NCBI GenBank assembly: GCA_963769425.1
Contig: CAVYLP010000004.1
Location: forward strand, 192,001 to 256,000
DNA length: 64,000 nucleotides
Origin: Candidatus Bathyarchaeota archaeon
Lineage (GTDB): Archaea > Thermoproteota > Bathyarchaeia > TCS64
Reading direction: 5' to 3'
Positions 27,398 through 38,740 of this stretch are shown here, in pieces. A program made the translations under genes and the position numbers. Numbering within the stretch: position 1 is the first letter of the stretch; every line of letters begins with the position of its first letter. The notes beneath the pieces are model-generated. The model did no database searches. It was given only the letters and a program-made list of their open reading frames with translations, and was not told the origin of the DNA.

Positions 27398-30046
27398 TTA
27401 CTTCTTCTTCTCGCTCAGGATGGCAATCCTCGCGGCTGCGAGGCGCGCCACCGGTATGCGGAAGGGGCTGCAGCTCACATAATCGAGCCCTGCCTCATGG
27501 AAGAAGTAGATGCTCTCTGGGTCACCGCCGTGTTCACCGCAGATGCCTATCTTGATCTTCGGGTTTGCGGGGCGCGCCAGCTTGACGCATATCTTCACCA
27601 ACTCGCCGACGCCTTTCGTGTCGAGTGTCTGGAATGGGTCGTCGGGGAGTATCTTCTTTTCCACGTAGATGGGGAGGAAGGTGCCCTGGGCATCGTCCCT
27701 GCTCAGACCCATCCCCGTCTGCGTCAGATCGTTTGTGCCGAAGCTGAAGAAGTCGCACTCCTTCGCCATCTCGTCCGCTGTCAACGCGGCGCGGGGCATC
27801 TCGATCATCGTCCCATACTTGAAGACGATCTTCTCACCGTACTTCTTCATCGCCTCGTCGTATGCCTTTACCACGAAAGGCTTCAGATATGCCAGCTCGC
27901 GCCACGTGATGGTGCCAGGGATCATTATCTCCGGGTGCGGGTCATCCCCCTCCTTTTTCAGCTCGCAGGCCGCCTCAAAGATGGCCTTCGTTTGCGTCTC
28001 GTAGATTTCAGGGTACAGCACGCCAACACGGCAGGCACGCAGCCCGATCATAGGGTTTGCCTCCTGAATCCTACGGACCTTCCCAAGGAGGACGCGCTTC
28101 GCCTCTATCTCCTTCTTCGGCGCCTTCGCCTTCTCCATCTCATAAATCTCGGTGATTACGTCAACCTCGTGTGGCATGAACTCGTGGAGCGGCGGGTCGA
28201 GGAGCCTGATCTGGACCGGCTTGCCCTTCATCGCCCTGAGCAGGGTCTTGAAGTCCTTCTTCTGCATGGGCAGCAGCTTATCGAGGGCCTTTTGGCGGTC
28301 CTCCTTTGTATCCGCCATAATCATCTCGCGGACCAAAGCCACACGCTCGACGCCGAGGAACATACGCTCCGTGCGGGTTAGCCCGATGCCGGCAGCGCCG
28401 TTCTCGTACGCCTTTATCGCATCCTTCTCGTCGTTAGCGTTCGCCCAGACGCCGAGGCGCCTGTACTTGTCCGCCCATCCGAGGAGCGTCGCGACCTCCC
28501 CGCCCACCTTAGGCTCGATGAACTCGACCTCGCCTACGTAGACGTCCGCCGTGAGGCCGTCGATGGTGATGAGGTCGCCCTTCTTCACCACCGTCTCCCC
28601 CACCTTGAAGACCTCCTTGTCGAGGTCGATGTGTAGGGCCTCGCAGCCGACTATCGCCGGCTTACCGATTCCTCGGGCGACGATTGCGGCGTGGCTCGTC
28701 ATGCCGCCACGGCTGGTGAGCACGCCCTCGGCGGCGACCATGCCCGCGATGTCCTCGGGCGTCGTCTCCGGACGCACCAGTATGACCTTCTTACCCGCGG
28801 CCTTCCACTCCTCCGCCTCCTTGGGCACAAACACAACCTGCCCAGTCGAGGCACCCGGGGAAGCGGGTAGCCCGCGACAGATTGCCTTCTTCCCAGTCGC
28901 TGGGTCGATCGTCTTGTGGAGCAGAAGCTCGATCTGTTTAGGCTCGACGCGGAGGATCGCCTCCTTCTCGTCTATGAGCTTCTCCCCCACCATGTCGACG
29001 GCGCACTTCACCGCAGCCTTCGCCGTCCTCTTCGCGTTGCGGCACTGCAGCATGTAGAGGACGCCCCTCTCGATGGTGAACTCGACGTCCTGCATGTCCT
29101 TGTAATGGGACTCGAGTTTCCCTACTATGTCGACTAGCTCCTTGTGGATCGTGGGCATCTGCTTCTTCAGGTCGTCGAGGCCGATGGGGGTGCGTATCCC
29201 CGCGACGACGTCCTCGCCCTGCGCGTTGAAGAGAAGCTCGCCGAGTATCTTCTTCTCGCCGCTGCTCGGATCACGTGTGAAAAGCACGCCGCTCCCCGAA
29301 TCGTCTCCGAGGTTACCGAAGACCATCGTCTGAATGTTGCAGGCGGTCCCCATGTCGTCCGGGATCCTCTCCATCTTCCTGTATGTGATGGCCCTCGGCG
29401 TGTTCCAGCTGTTGAAGACCGCCGCGATGGCAAGCCTCAATTGCTCGTAAGGGTCCTCCGGGAACTCTCTCTTCACAACCTTCTTGTAGAGCTTCTTCTG
29501 CTCGATGACTACCGCCTTCAGTGCCTTTGCGCTTAGCTCGGGGTCAGTCTTGACCCCCTCCTTATTCTTCCAAGCCTCGTGGACCGCGTCGAACTCCTTA
29601 CGCTCAGCCCCCATGACGACGTCGGCGAACATTGTCACGAAGCGCCTGTAAGCATCGTAGACGAAGCGCTCGTCCTTCGTGAGCTTGGCCAGGCCGGCGG
29701 CGACCTCGTCGTTGATGCCGAGGTTGAGGACGGTGTCCATCATGCCAGGCATGCTGCGTGGAGCCCCGCTGCGGACCGAGAAGAGGAGCGGATTCTTACC
29801 GTCCCCGAACTTCTTACCCGTCGCCTTCTCGACTCTCTTCAGGTGCAGGAGCACATCCTCCCAGAGACCATCTGGGAAGTTTCCTTTCGCCGCGAAGAAC
29901 TCGGCGCAAGTTTTCGTCGTTATCGTGAAGCCGGGCGGGACGCGCAGCCCCATGTTCACCATCTCGGCGAGGTTCGCGCCCTTGCCGCCCAGCAGATCCT
30001 TCATGTCCTTATTTCCCTCAGCGAAGTCGTAGACACGCTTTACCAT
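27398..30046 (-). CDS. ppdK: Pyruvate, phosphate dikinase
   Basis: LLGGKGANLAEM, SVRSGA..SMPGMMDT, GGMTSHAA phospho-His, FSFGTNDLTQ, GICGEHGG. Confidence 0.97.
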   Translation of the reverse strand: MVKRVYDFAEGNKDMKDLLGGKGANLAEMVNMGLRVPPGFTITTKTCAEFFAAKGNFPDGLWEDVLLHLKRVEKATGKKFGDGKNPLLFSVRSGAPRSMPGMMDTVLNLGINDEVAAGLAKLTKDERFVYDAYRRFVTMFADVVMGAERKEFDAVHEAWKNKEGVKTDPELSAKALKAVVIEQKKLYKKVVKREFPEDPYEQLRLAIAAVFNSWNTPRAITYRKMERIPDDMGTACNIQTMVFGNLGDDSGSGVLFTRDPSSGEKKILGELLFNAQGEDVVAGIRTPIGLDDLKKQMPTIHKELVDIVGKLESHYKDMQDVEFTIERGVLYMLQCRNAKRTAKAAVKCAVDMVGEKLIDEKEAILRVEPKQIELLLHKTIDPATGKKAICRGLPASPGASTGQVVFVPKEAEEWKAAGKKVILVRPETTPEDIAGMVAAEGVLTSRGGMTSHAAIVARGIGKPAIVGCEALHIDLDKEVFKVGETVVKKGDLITIDGLTADVYVGEVEFIEPKVGGEVATLLGWADKYRRLGVWANANDEKDAIKAYENGAAGIGLTRTERMFLGVERVALVREMIMADTKEDRQKALDKLLPMQKKDFKTLLRAMKGKPVQIRLLDPPLHEFMPHEVDVITEIYEMEKAKAPKKEIEAKRVLLGKVRRIQEANPMIGLRACRVGVLYPEIYETQTKAIFEAACELKKEGDDPHPEIMIPGTITWRELAYLKPFVVKAYDEAMKKYGEKIVFKYGTMIEMPRAALTADEMAKECDFFSFGTNDLTQTGMGLSRDDAQGTFLPIYVEKKILPDDPFQTLDTKGVGELVKICVKLARPANPKIKIGICGEHGGDPESIYFFHEAGLDYVSCSPFRIPVARLAAARIAILSEKKK

Positions 30047-30308
30047 CGAAGTCAACTCTCAGATGCAAACCCTGAAGCGCATGACATTCATAAATGTACC
30101 TTAAGCGACGCTGGATCACCTCATCCTTAATATTCAATAAATTGATAATATTTCGAATTGCCGTCATTTATACGGATTATCAGGCGAAATGGGTCGGAAA
30201 TTTAGCTCAGTTTCACTAAATATGCCCACTTTCCGCCATCTCTAAGGTTTTTAAGAAAGAGTTATAAACGCCGCCTGATTCCATATATTAGTCTTTCGGA
30301 GTGGTTCT

Positions 30309-31232
30309 TTGGCAGCGACACTGCGGAGTAAGACTGTCTGCACCGAGTGCGGTAGCACGAACCTCCTTCGCGACTACGACTCGGGCGAGCTCGTTTGTGA
30401 AAAGTGTGGCTTCGTCCTCTCCACAACGCTCATCGACCAAGGCCCTGAGTGGCGGGCTTTTGATCAGGAGCAGAGGGACAAGCTGCCTCGCGTAGGCGCC
30501 CCCGTGACGTGGACGATACACGACAAGGGCCTGAGCACCACCATCGGCTGGCAGGACAGAGATGCCTCCGGGCGTAGGCTTAGCCCCGAGGAGCGCGCCA
30601 GGCTCTACCGCCTCCGCAAGTGGCAGCGCCGAAGCAAGGTAAGCGACTCAACCCAGCGCAACCTCGCACACGCCCTCAGCGAGATGAGCAAGATCGCCTA
30701 CAAACTCAACCTCCCGAGGAACGTTATCGAGACATCGAGCATGATCTACCGCCGCGCTATACAGAAGCAGCTAATCAGGGGCCGCACTATACAGAGCGTC
30801 GCCGTCGCAAGCATCTACATGGCGTGCCGCCAATGCAACATTATCAGGACCCTTGAGGACGTCGCCGTCGCCGCCAATATCACGAAGAAGGAAGCGGCCC
30901 GCAACTACAGGTTCCTCCTCAGGGAGCTACAGCCAGATGTCCCGCAAGTCGACCCGCACGGCTATATCAGCAAAATCGTTAACAAACTCGCACTCACAGG
31001 CGAGACTGAGATGCTCGCTATGGGCATCCTCAAGAAGGCATCGAACCTCCGACTAACGAGCGGCCGCGGACCATCCGGTATTGCAGCTGCCTGTATCTAC
31101 ATAAGCAGTCAGCTCACCGACGAGCGCCGAACTCAAGGTGAGATAGCCAAGGAGGCCCAGGTGACCGAGGTCACAATCAGGAACCGCTACAAGGAGCTCG
31201 CCCAGCGCCTCGATTTCACGGTGAGCCTCTAA
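30309..31232 (+). CDS. tfb: Transcription initiation factor IIB
   Basis: CTECG..CEKCG Zn ribbon, GPEWRAF, two cyclin repeats, TEVTIRNRYKEL. Confidence 0.97.
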   Translation: MAATLRSKTVCTECGSTNLLRDYDSGELVCEKCGFVLSTTLIDQGPEWRAFDQEQRDKLPRVGAPVTWTIHDKGLSTTIGWQDRDASGRRLSPEERARLYRLRKWQRRSKVSDSTQRNLAHALSEMSKIAYKLNLPRNVIETSSMIYRRAIQKQLIRGRTIQSVAVASIYMACRQCNIIRTLEDVAVAANITKKEAARNYRFLLRELQPDVPQVDPHGYISKIVNKLALTGETEMLAMGILKKASNLRLTSGRGPSGIAAACIYISSQLTDERRTQGEIAKEAQVTEVTIRNRYKELAQRLDFTVSL

Positions 31233-31261
31233 GTCTTTATCCAACCCACGCTTCTAATCCC

Positions 31262-31861
31262 GTGACCTCCTTGGGTGACCAGTTTCTCGTTTTCACCGGC
31301 AGGCCCAACGCGGGCAAGAGCAGCATAATCCGCGCAGTCACCGGCTTAAAGGTCGACGTCGGTAAGGACCCCGGCACAACCCAGAAGATAATGCGCTACC
31401 CCGTCGCAGAGGGCCTCACCCTCATAGACATGCCCGGCTACGGCAAGAGCCTCCGAAGCAGCCGCGGAAAGCAGGAGGAGACCAAGGACGACATACTCGA
31501 CTTCCTCGAACTACACGCGGGGAGCATCGCCGTCGCCGTCCACGTCGTCAACGTAAGTACCTACCTCGAGACCGAGATGCGCCTCGCCAAGAAGGGCTTC
31601 ATACCACTCGACGTCGAGATGGTCCACTTCATGAAGAGGGACCTAGGCATCACCGTCCTCGTAGCCCTCAACAAGATAGACAAGGGGCCCAAAGACTACA
31701 TAGAGGACAACGTGGAGGCCATCAAGGAGGGGCTTGGCCCATCGATCCCCGTCTTCCCCGTGAGCGCACGCACCGACGAGGGCGTCGGGGCACTCAAGGA
31801 AGAGGTCAGGAAACGTCTGGCCCTCAGGGGCTTCCAGAGTCCCTTCGAGAACATGCACTAG
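31262..31861 (+). CDS. engB: EngB/YihA family GTP-binding protein
   Basis: GRPNAGKS, DMPGYG, NKID, VSA. Confidence 0.85.
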   Translation: MTSLGDQFLVFTGRPNAGKSSIIRAVTGLKVDVGKDPGTTQKIMRYPVAEGLTLIDMPGYGKSLRSSRGKQEETKDDILDFLELHAGSIAVAVHVVNVSTYLETEMRLAKKGFIPLDVEMVHFMKRDLGITVLVALNKIDKGPKDYIEDNVEAIKEGLGPSIPVFPVSARTDEGVGALKEEVRKRLALRGFQSPFENMH

Positions 31862-32851
31862 CTACTGCTCGCAGCCGACTACGCCCGCGGCGTCCACAGC
31901 GAAGCGGGCCTTGTCCTCTGGGAGGTAGGGGGAGTCGATTATGGTGGCCAGCCTGGTATTCTCTTTACCCTTACGGAGGTAGACTCGGTGGGTGCAGGCG
32001 TGCGCCATCACGTGGCCGCCCGTCGGCTTGTTCGGGTCACCGTAGGAGGTGTCCGGCTTGGCCTGCACCTGGTTCGTCAGGACGACGGCGAGGCTGAATG
32101 CCTCCGCTACTCTGAGGAGGCCGGCGAGGCAGGAACCAATCTTCTGCTGGCGGTCGCTCAGGGTGCCCCTGCCGATGAACTCGCCGCGGAAGTGGCCGAT
32201 CATCGAGTCGACTATGACGAGCTTTACGTTGTGCTCCTGCACCACCTGGGGGAGGTTCTTGATGAGTATGGTCTGGTGTTCACTGTTGAAGGCGCGTGCG
32301 ACGAGGACGTTCTGGAGGATGGTGTTCGCGTCGTAGCCGCGTGCCTCAGCGATCTGCTTGATGCGCTCGGGGAGGAAGGTGCCCTCCGTGTCGATGACGC
32401 ATACCTTGCCGCCGAAGCCACCCTGGTCGACCGGCTGCTGGGCGAGTACGCTGAGGGTGAAGCATATCTGGGTCTTGCCGGAGCCGAATTCGCCGATGAG
32501 CTCGGTGATGGCGTCCGTCTCTATGCCCCCGCCGAGTATCTTGTTGAGGTCGGGGCTGCCCGTGTTGCACTTGAGCATCTTCATTCTCTTTTCGAGGACT
32601 TGCGTGGCGGGGATGAAGCCGAGGTCTACTTTGCTGCGTGCGAGTTGCATGACCTTCTGGGCGGTGTCGGCGCCCATGCCTGTGAGCTCCTCTATCTCCC
32701 TGCTGGGGGTGACGGCTATGGATTCGTAGGTGCTGAGGCCGGCTTTCCTCAGCTTCGCCATGGTGGCGCTTGATACGCCCTCTAGTTCTATCTGGTCGCT
32801 CTTCTCGACGTCCTCGGCCATCTTGATCGATTCGGTTGGGTCCACTATCAC
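31862..32851 (-). CDS. radA: DNA repair and recombination protein RadA
   Basis: N-terminal HhH domain, GEFGSGKTQ, DTEGTF, FRGEFIGRGTL..RQQK, TNQVQAKPD. Confidence 0.95.
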   Translation of the reverse strand: MIVDPTESIKMAEDVEKSDQIELEGVSSATMAKLRKAGLSTYESIAVTPSREIEELTGMGADTAQKVMQLARSKVDLGFIPATQVLEKRMKMLKCNTGSPDLNKILGGGIETDAITELIGEFGSGKTQICFTLSVLAQQPVDQGGFGGKVCVIDTEGTFLPERIKQIAEARGYDANTILQNVLVARAFNSEHQTILIKNLPQVVQEHNVKLVIVDSMIGHFRGEFIGRGTLSDRQQKIGSCLAGLLRVAEAFSLAVVLTNQVQAKPDTSYGDPNKPTGGHVMAHACTHRVYLRKGKENTRLATIIDSPYLPEDKARFAVDAAGVVGCEQ

Positions 32852-32900
32852 TTATAACGCGTGCGCACATGTTGCGATGGGGGAGTCGGGTGAAAGTGGG

Positions 32901-33698
32901 TCAGGCGGAGAGGAACCCGCCGTCGACGGGAAGCAGTACCCCGGTGACGTAGCTTGAGAGGTCGCAGGCGAGGAACAGCGCGGCCCTCGCGACCTCGTCG
33001 GGGTCCCCTACGCGACCCATGGGGAGCCGAGCCATGAAGTCGTATCCCGTCTTGGCGAGGCCGATGTTGCCCTTGAAGAATTCGGTGGCGGCCCCCTTCG
33101 TGCCGGGTGTGACTATGCCGCCGGGGAGGAGGGCGTTTATGCGGAAGCCCTTGTCCCCGAAGTCCCGGGCGAGGCCACGGGTGAGCCCGATGACCCCCGC
33201 CTTCGATGCATCGTAGTGGACCATCCCCCTCTTGAAGGGAAGTATGGCCTCGATGCTTCCAACGTTTATGATGACTCCCCCCTTCTTCCTCCTCGCCTCG
33301 ATCATGCGCTGACACATCCAGAGTACGGCCTCGAGGTTGATGGCGTAGACCTTCTGGAAGAAGGCCTCGTCGATGTCGAGGAAGTCGCAGAAGGGGTAGA
33401 TACCAGCGTTGTTGACGAGTGTGTCCGGCTCGGAGCCCTTGAGGGTGTTCCATAGGGCGTCTATCTCGGGCTTCTTGGAGAGGTCGACCTTGTTCGTCGT
33501 CACGTCGACCCCCCACTCTGCGAGTTCACCCGCCGTCTCCTTCAGCTTTTTCTCGTCCACGTCGACGAGTACGAGGTCAGCGCCTGCCTCTGCGAAGCGG
33601 TCCGCCATAGCCTTGCCTATGCCCGCGGCGGAGCCTGTGATAAGGGCACGACGCCCCTTCAATGAGATGAGTTCGCCGAGTGGTTTGTTTGATCCCAT
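32901..33698 (-). CDS. SDR family oxidoreductase
   Basis: TGSAAGIG, NNAG, YDASK, VDGG. Confidence 0.92.
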   Translation of the reverse strand: MGSNKPLGELISLKGRRALITGSAAGIGKAMADRFAEAGADLVLVDVDEKKLKETAGELAEWGVDVTTNKVDLSKKPEIDALWNTLKGSEPDTLVNNAGIYPFCDFLDIDEAFFQKVYAINLEAVLWMCQRMIEARRKKGGVIINVGSIEAILPFKRGMVHYDASKAGVIGLTRGLARDFGDKGFRINALLPGGIVTPGTKGAATEFFKGNIGLAKTGYDFMARLPMGRVGDPDEVARAALFLACDLSSYVTGVLLPVDGGFLSA

Positions 33699-33796
33699 CG
33701 TTGCACCAACCCCCGAATGTTCAGATGCACCTTTAACGTTTCCCGCCTTGCCGCGCAAATGATATCAGCCCAACGGCGGACTCCTACTGGATCGAT

Positions 33797-34999
33797 TTGG
33801 TCGACGTAAATGTCCTTAAGGAATCCGCGAAGAAGGAGGTTGACTCCCAGAGGAAGCGCCTCACGGAGATCGCGAAGTGGATGTACGAGAACCCGGAGCT
33901 GGGCTCCGAGGAGTTCAAGATCTACGCCCTCCTGACGGCGGAGCTTGAGAAGCAGGGGGCGAAGGTGGAGAAGGAACTGCTGGGTATACCCACGGCGTTC
34001 AGCGCCTCGTGGAAGGGGAAGAGGAAGGGGCCGAAGATCGCGGTGCTCGCGGAGTACGACGCCCTCCCCGGCGTCGGGCACGGCTGCGGTCACAACCTCA
34101 TCGCTGCATCCGCCATAGGATCAGGCATCGCCGCTGCGAGGGCAGCCAAGGACCTACCCGGGGAGATCATGGTAGTCGGTACCCCCGCTGAGGAGGGGAG
34201 GGGGCCGAGCGCGGGAAGCAAGGTCATCATGGCGAACAAGGGGTTCTGGGACGATGTCGACGCTGCGATTATGCTGCACCCAGCGACCCACTACGGCGTC
34301 GGGGGGAAGGCGCTAGGTATCTGGCAGCTGAAGATGGAGTTCAAGGGGCAGACGAGCCACGCAGCTGCTTCCCCAGAGAAAGGGATCAACGCACTCAATG
34401 CCGCCACCCTCGCCTACATGGCAACTCACATGCTGAGGCAGGAGGCGCGCCGCGACGCGAATCTAGTCATCCACGGTATAATCACCGAGGGTGGCATGGC
34501 CAGCAACATCATCCCAGATAGGGCTGTCTGCGAGTTCGGCGTCCGCAGCAGCGACGAGAAGTACCTCGTCACCATGGTGGACAAGGTTGAGAAGTGCGCT
34601 GAGGGCGCCGCCATCGCCACGGGGGCTCAGGTCACGGTGACCAAGCACAAGCTCTACAGCAGCATGAAGCCCAACATCCCACTCATCAAGGTCCTCTACC
34701 AGAACTACGTCGACCAGGGAGTCAAGGTGGACGACTGGCAGGAGACGCAGGCTGGGATACCCATGGCCTCGACTGACTTCGGGGACGTGAGTCAGAGGTG
34801 CCCCTCAACTGGCAGCTACATCGGCATAGGCCCTGAGAATACACCAGGCCATAGCAAGCAGCTCGCCGACTGCACCATGACGAAGGATGGGCTCGACGCG
34901 ATGGTTATCGGGACGAAAGCGCTAGCCATGACGATGGTTGAGCTACTCGCGAAGCCTGAGCTGCTCAAGGAGGCACGGGACTACTTCCAGTCCCATTAG
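33797..34999 (+). CDS. M20 family amidohydrolase (AbgB-like)
   Basis: NPELGSEE, EYDALP, HGCGHN, TPAEE, STDFGDVS. Confidence 0.92.
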   Translation: MVDVNVLKESAKKEVDSQRKRLTEIAKWMYENPELGSEEFKIYALLTAELEKQGAKVEKELLGIPTAFSASWKGKRKGPKIAVLAEYDALPGVGHGCGHNLIAASAIGSGIAAARAAKDLPGEIMVVGTPAEEGRGPSAGSKVIMANKGFWDDVDAAIMLHPATHYGVGGKALGIWQLKMEFKGQTSHAAASPEKGINALNAATLAYMATHMLRQEARRDANLVIHGIITEGGMASNIIPDRAVCEFGVRSSDEKYLVTMVDKVEKCAEGAAIATGAQVTVTKHKLYSSMKPNIPLIKVLYQNYVDQGVKVDDWQETQAGIPMASTDFGDVSQRCPSTGSYIGIGPENTPGHSKQLADCTMTKDGLDAMVIGTKALAMTMVELLAKPELLKEARDYFQSH

Positions 35000-36000
35000 G
35001 GTCCTCTTTTTTCACCGTGTCGTGGTCGGGTATGTCCCTCTCGACGTTTCTGATGGTCTTGATGGCTAACGCGCTCACCGATATGACGGCCCCTATTAGC
35101 CCGAGAAAGACAAAGAGTAATCCAATGCCCGCGCCGGGCCCGGTGCCGACGAGCCACCCGAAGGCGCCGTAGAGTGCGCCCCCCGGCATCATTGAGGGGG
35201 TCATAACCCTATCGGCGAGTGGGCCGGCTACAACCATCGCGACGGGGGCGGAGATCTGGGCTATGAGGGCGCGCGTGGCGAAGACCCTCCCCTGGACCTC
35301 CGGCGGCACCTTCGACTGCCAGATGGCCTGGTTCGACGCGTTCGTCGCCGGGCCGAATATCATCGTGACGAAGGCGCCGACCATCCAGACAATCGGCATC
35401 TGTCCCATCCCCAGGATAGTCATACCGAAGAGGCTGCTGCCGACCATCCCGAGGAGGACGCCGTAGACCCGCCTCTTCGGCCCACCCCAGACGCTCATGA
35501 TCAACCCACCCACAACGCCGCCGACGCCGAATGCTGCCTGAACCGCGCCAGTGATCACGGTATCGTTTCCGGTCCTCAAGCATCAGCATCGGCGTCAGGA
35601 CGGTGAAGGCGAAGCCCATGACGAGGTTGGAGGCGAAGAAGCTGAGCTGCAGCCCAAGCAGTCCACGCCTCTTGGCTATGTACCCGAATCCGAAGACGGC
35701 GTCCTTCATGATGCTCTTCTTCTCCTCCGTCCTCTGCGGCTGGGGGATGACGAGCACTAGGAGAATGCTCACGGCTGCGAGGAAGGTCACGATGTCGATT
35801 GTCAGGATGCCGGCGATCCCGATGACTCCGAGGAGTATCCCAGCGGCGGCGGGGGCGATTATGTTCGAGATGGAGTCGGCGAGGCTGAGCATTCCGCTCG
35901 CCCTCGCGTAGTCCTTCTTGTCCACCATGAGGGAGATCGAGGCGCTGTACGCTGGCCACTGGAACGACTGGAAGATGCCCGTGAACGTCTCAGATCGCAT
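34965..36000 (-). pseudogene. MFS (DHA3-like) transporter, N-terminally truncated, frameshift near 35580
   Basis: Starts abruptly at FQSFQWPAY (normally the fourth TM region); QSKVPPEVQGRVF in the second frame. Confidence 0.7.
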
Positions 36001-36023
36001 AAGAAAAAACTGTTTGTAGCCTT

Positions 36024-37959
36024 TTACTTTAGGGGTATGACCTTCAGTTCTGAAAGGTCGCTGAGGCTGTTGATCTTGATCATCGCCCCGGAAATTGTGT
36101 ATAGGTTGTCACCGATGTAGAGGCTCCTGTATACGCTGTTCTCGGAGGAGAACCAGTAGCCGCTCTTCAGCAGGTCGTCTCCCTGTATGTGGGTAATTCT
36201 ACCCCGGAGCTGGATTCCCTCGGTACTGATCTGGAAGACGTAGGCACCCTGGTAGACGAACTCAGCCGTAAGCGCTGGAGGAGACGCTCCCCGAGTAGTC
36301 GGTAGCATCTACTTTCGCCTCTAGTATCGGGATGACGAGGAGGTTCTTCTCCTTGCTGAAGAGGAAGGCCTTGTGGTCGGTGAGGGCGGGAGAATCGGAG
36401 CCTCTATCACCGATCTCGAGTTTGGCAACCTCACGTGGATTCGAGACGTCGCTCACGTCGAAGAGGCTAAGTTTGATCCCCTGGTAGTAAGCGAAATTGC
36501 CCCCCTCCGCGTCAATAGCCTCCTTACCTAGCCCGATGACGTGGGTCTCGTCGTAGGGGTGGAGGTAGTTGCTGTAGCCGGGTATCTTGAGTTGACCTAA
36601 CACCTTCGGGGCTGTTGGGACAGATAGGTCGATTACGAAGAGTGGGTCAACCTTCTTGAACGTGACTAGGTAGAGGCGGTCCCCCATGAAGCGAGTGCTA
36701 TAGATCTGCTCACCACTCGCGAGGTCCTCGAGTGTTCCAACCACCTTGAGGTTTGTGTCGAGAACGTAGACGTTATTCTTGGAGCTGCTGACGCCCCAGG
36801 CGTATCCGGTTGTTGTGGCTATCCTAAAGTATCCGTTATTCTCATCCATGCTGAACTGGTTGAGGACCCATCCGGGGACGCTGCCGTCCGCAACTCCCTC
36901 GACGCTCCCTCCGTTAAGCCTGATCTTGTGGATGCCCGTCGAGGATTCACCGGGCGAGGTAAGGTAGAGGTACTCGGCGCTGCAGTAGATGGTGCTGCTT
37001 GAGCCGAGGAGGAACGTCTTTGACGACGCGGGGGTGGACGGGTTCTTCGCGTCTATGGCCGCGACAGTTGTGTAGGTATATCCGGTGTCTGTGCCATTGT
37101 AGTAGTAGACGCGGGTAGCAGGGACGGTGTAGTTCTTTCCGTTCTCCCTGTAGCTGGGGAGGGAGACGTTGTCCTCCATAACCCACGCTCCTTTCTGGGT
37201 GACTAGGTACACGTAGTCTCCGATCATCCTAGTCGCCACATAGTTCCCCTCAGCCTCGTAGGTCCTCTCAAGGACCGGGTTAGCCCTATCCGATACATCG
37301 TAGAAGTAGACGACTGTGTCGCTGCTGACAGGCATCGGCATGAATGTCGCCTTCGAGGCGGGGGCTACACCTGATGGCCACCTCATGAGCGTCGGATAGC
37401 CTAGGGTGAACACCACCAGCTTGTCACCGGAAATGAAGAGGTCGCTCACAGTGACGTTGAAGGCGATCTTAGCAACGACCTTCGCCTCCTCCGCTGGATA
37501 TGCCTGTACGATGTAGACTGTAGAGTCCTTTGAGAGGTAGATGAATGAGCCGTCAGTCTTAACTACATCAGCCTCATCTACGCCCGCCACCTGAATGTTC
37601 GTGGTTGAGTATCCTGTCTCAGCATCGGCCGATACCTGAGCCGCCGTCGCCGCAAGGCTTGCGGCTGTAGCAGCTGCAGTTGGAGCATTAGAAATTGTAA
37701 ACCCAATTCCTGGGATGAGTGAATTGACTGTTCCGCCGAAGGATCTTCCTGCTAACTCGATTAATGTTGGGGCGCTCGACTTCGCCTTCTCGTTCAGGAA
37801 CCAGACAAGCTCAGCCTCCGACCTGAATGTGTTGAAGCCACTAGAGTCACTCTTGAGGGTGAAGGGTGACACGCTGAAGCTGCTGGCTGCCCCTAGTAGA
37901 AGGCTCCCGCAGACTATCCCAAGGACCGCGTAGGATAACAACAGTACCTTACCGGACAT
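36024..37959 (-). CDS. Secreted beta-propeller domain protein (Beta_propel/COG4880), frameshift near 36265
   Basis: YSTTNIQVAGVDEADVVKTDG, LNQFSMDE, VTFKKVDPLFVIDL, LKIPGYSNYLHP. Confidence 0.9.
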
Positions 37960-38078
37960 TTTTCATCTGATCTAATTGGTTCGGGAGCGGGCTTAATCCT
38001 AGGCATTAGAACGATGAGCACTCCTCGTTCTAAGTCGTGGAACAGGCGGGGAAACCGTTAAGGGGGTAGCTGCGTTCC

Positions 38079-38384
38079 ATGCCAACTATGCGACTCCTGC
38101 TCGTCGTCTCAACCCTCGGAAAGCTCCGCGACGTGGAGGGGCTTAGTAAGGCCGCAGCGAGGGCGGGCCACGACGTAACCGTCTTCTTCAACGAGGAGTC
38201 TGTCCAGCTGCTCAAGGACCCGAGTCCCGTCGAGTACCTCTACGCCGACCTGCTGGCTTGCAGGGCCAGCGCCGTCGAGTACCAAATTACGAAGGAGAAC
38301 ATGGCCGTCAACGCGAGGATGAGCAGCCTCGCCGAGCTGGTTGACCAGCTCGAAGGGAACGACAAGGTGGTGTTCATAGGTTGA
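38079..38384 (+). CDS. DsrE/TusD-like protein
   Basis: GHDVTVFFNEESV, ACRASA (conserved Cys), SLAEL. Confidence 0.75.
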   Translation: MPTMRLLLVVSTLGKLRDVEGLSKAAARAGHDVTVFFNEESVQLLKDPSPVEYLYADLLACRASAVEYQITKENMAVNARMSSLAELVDQLEGNDKVVFIG

Positions 38385-38728
38385 GCGAGGAGACGACGTT
38401 CATCTTCAGGAGCAAGGTGGAGCCGGGGAGCAGGTTCTGGGAGGGGCTCCGCCTCAGCGCCGCCTTCGTCGGAATGGACCACATCCCCCTCATAGTCTTC
38501 ATGGACGACGCCGTCCCCGGCCTACTCCCCAACGCCCTCCCTCTCCGCCAGCTATGGGATTACCTAAAAACGACAGCCGACCTCGCCGGCATCAACGTCC
38601 TAGACACGGATATGGAGGAGGTTCATCTAACACTCGCCGACCTAGACCCTCAATTAAACATCAAGATGATCACACTTGACGAGCTTGCCGAAAGGGTCGC
38701 TGAGAATAAAGTGGTGGCGATCTTCTAG
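38381..38728 (+). CDS. DsrF/TusC-like protein
   Basis: EGLRLS, VFMDDAV; overlaps the upstream stop. Confidence 0.7.
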   Translation: MSEETTFIFRSKVEPGSRFWEGLRLSAAFVGMDHIPLIVFMDDAVPGLLPNALPLRQLWDYLKTTADLAGINVLDTDMEEVHLTLADLDPQLNIKMITLDELAERVAENKVVAIF

Positions 38729-38740
38729 GAGGATGACTGG

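Noticed and set aside
27497-30130. Long antisense ORFs over ppdK (also over radA, lemA and others)
   Set aside because: Shadow frames expected from high GC3 codon bias; no recognisable motifs.
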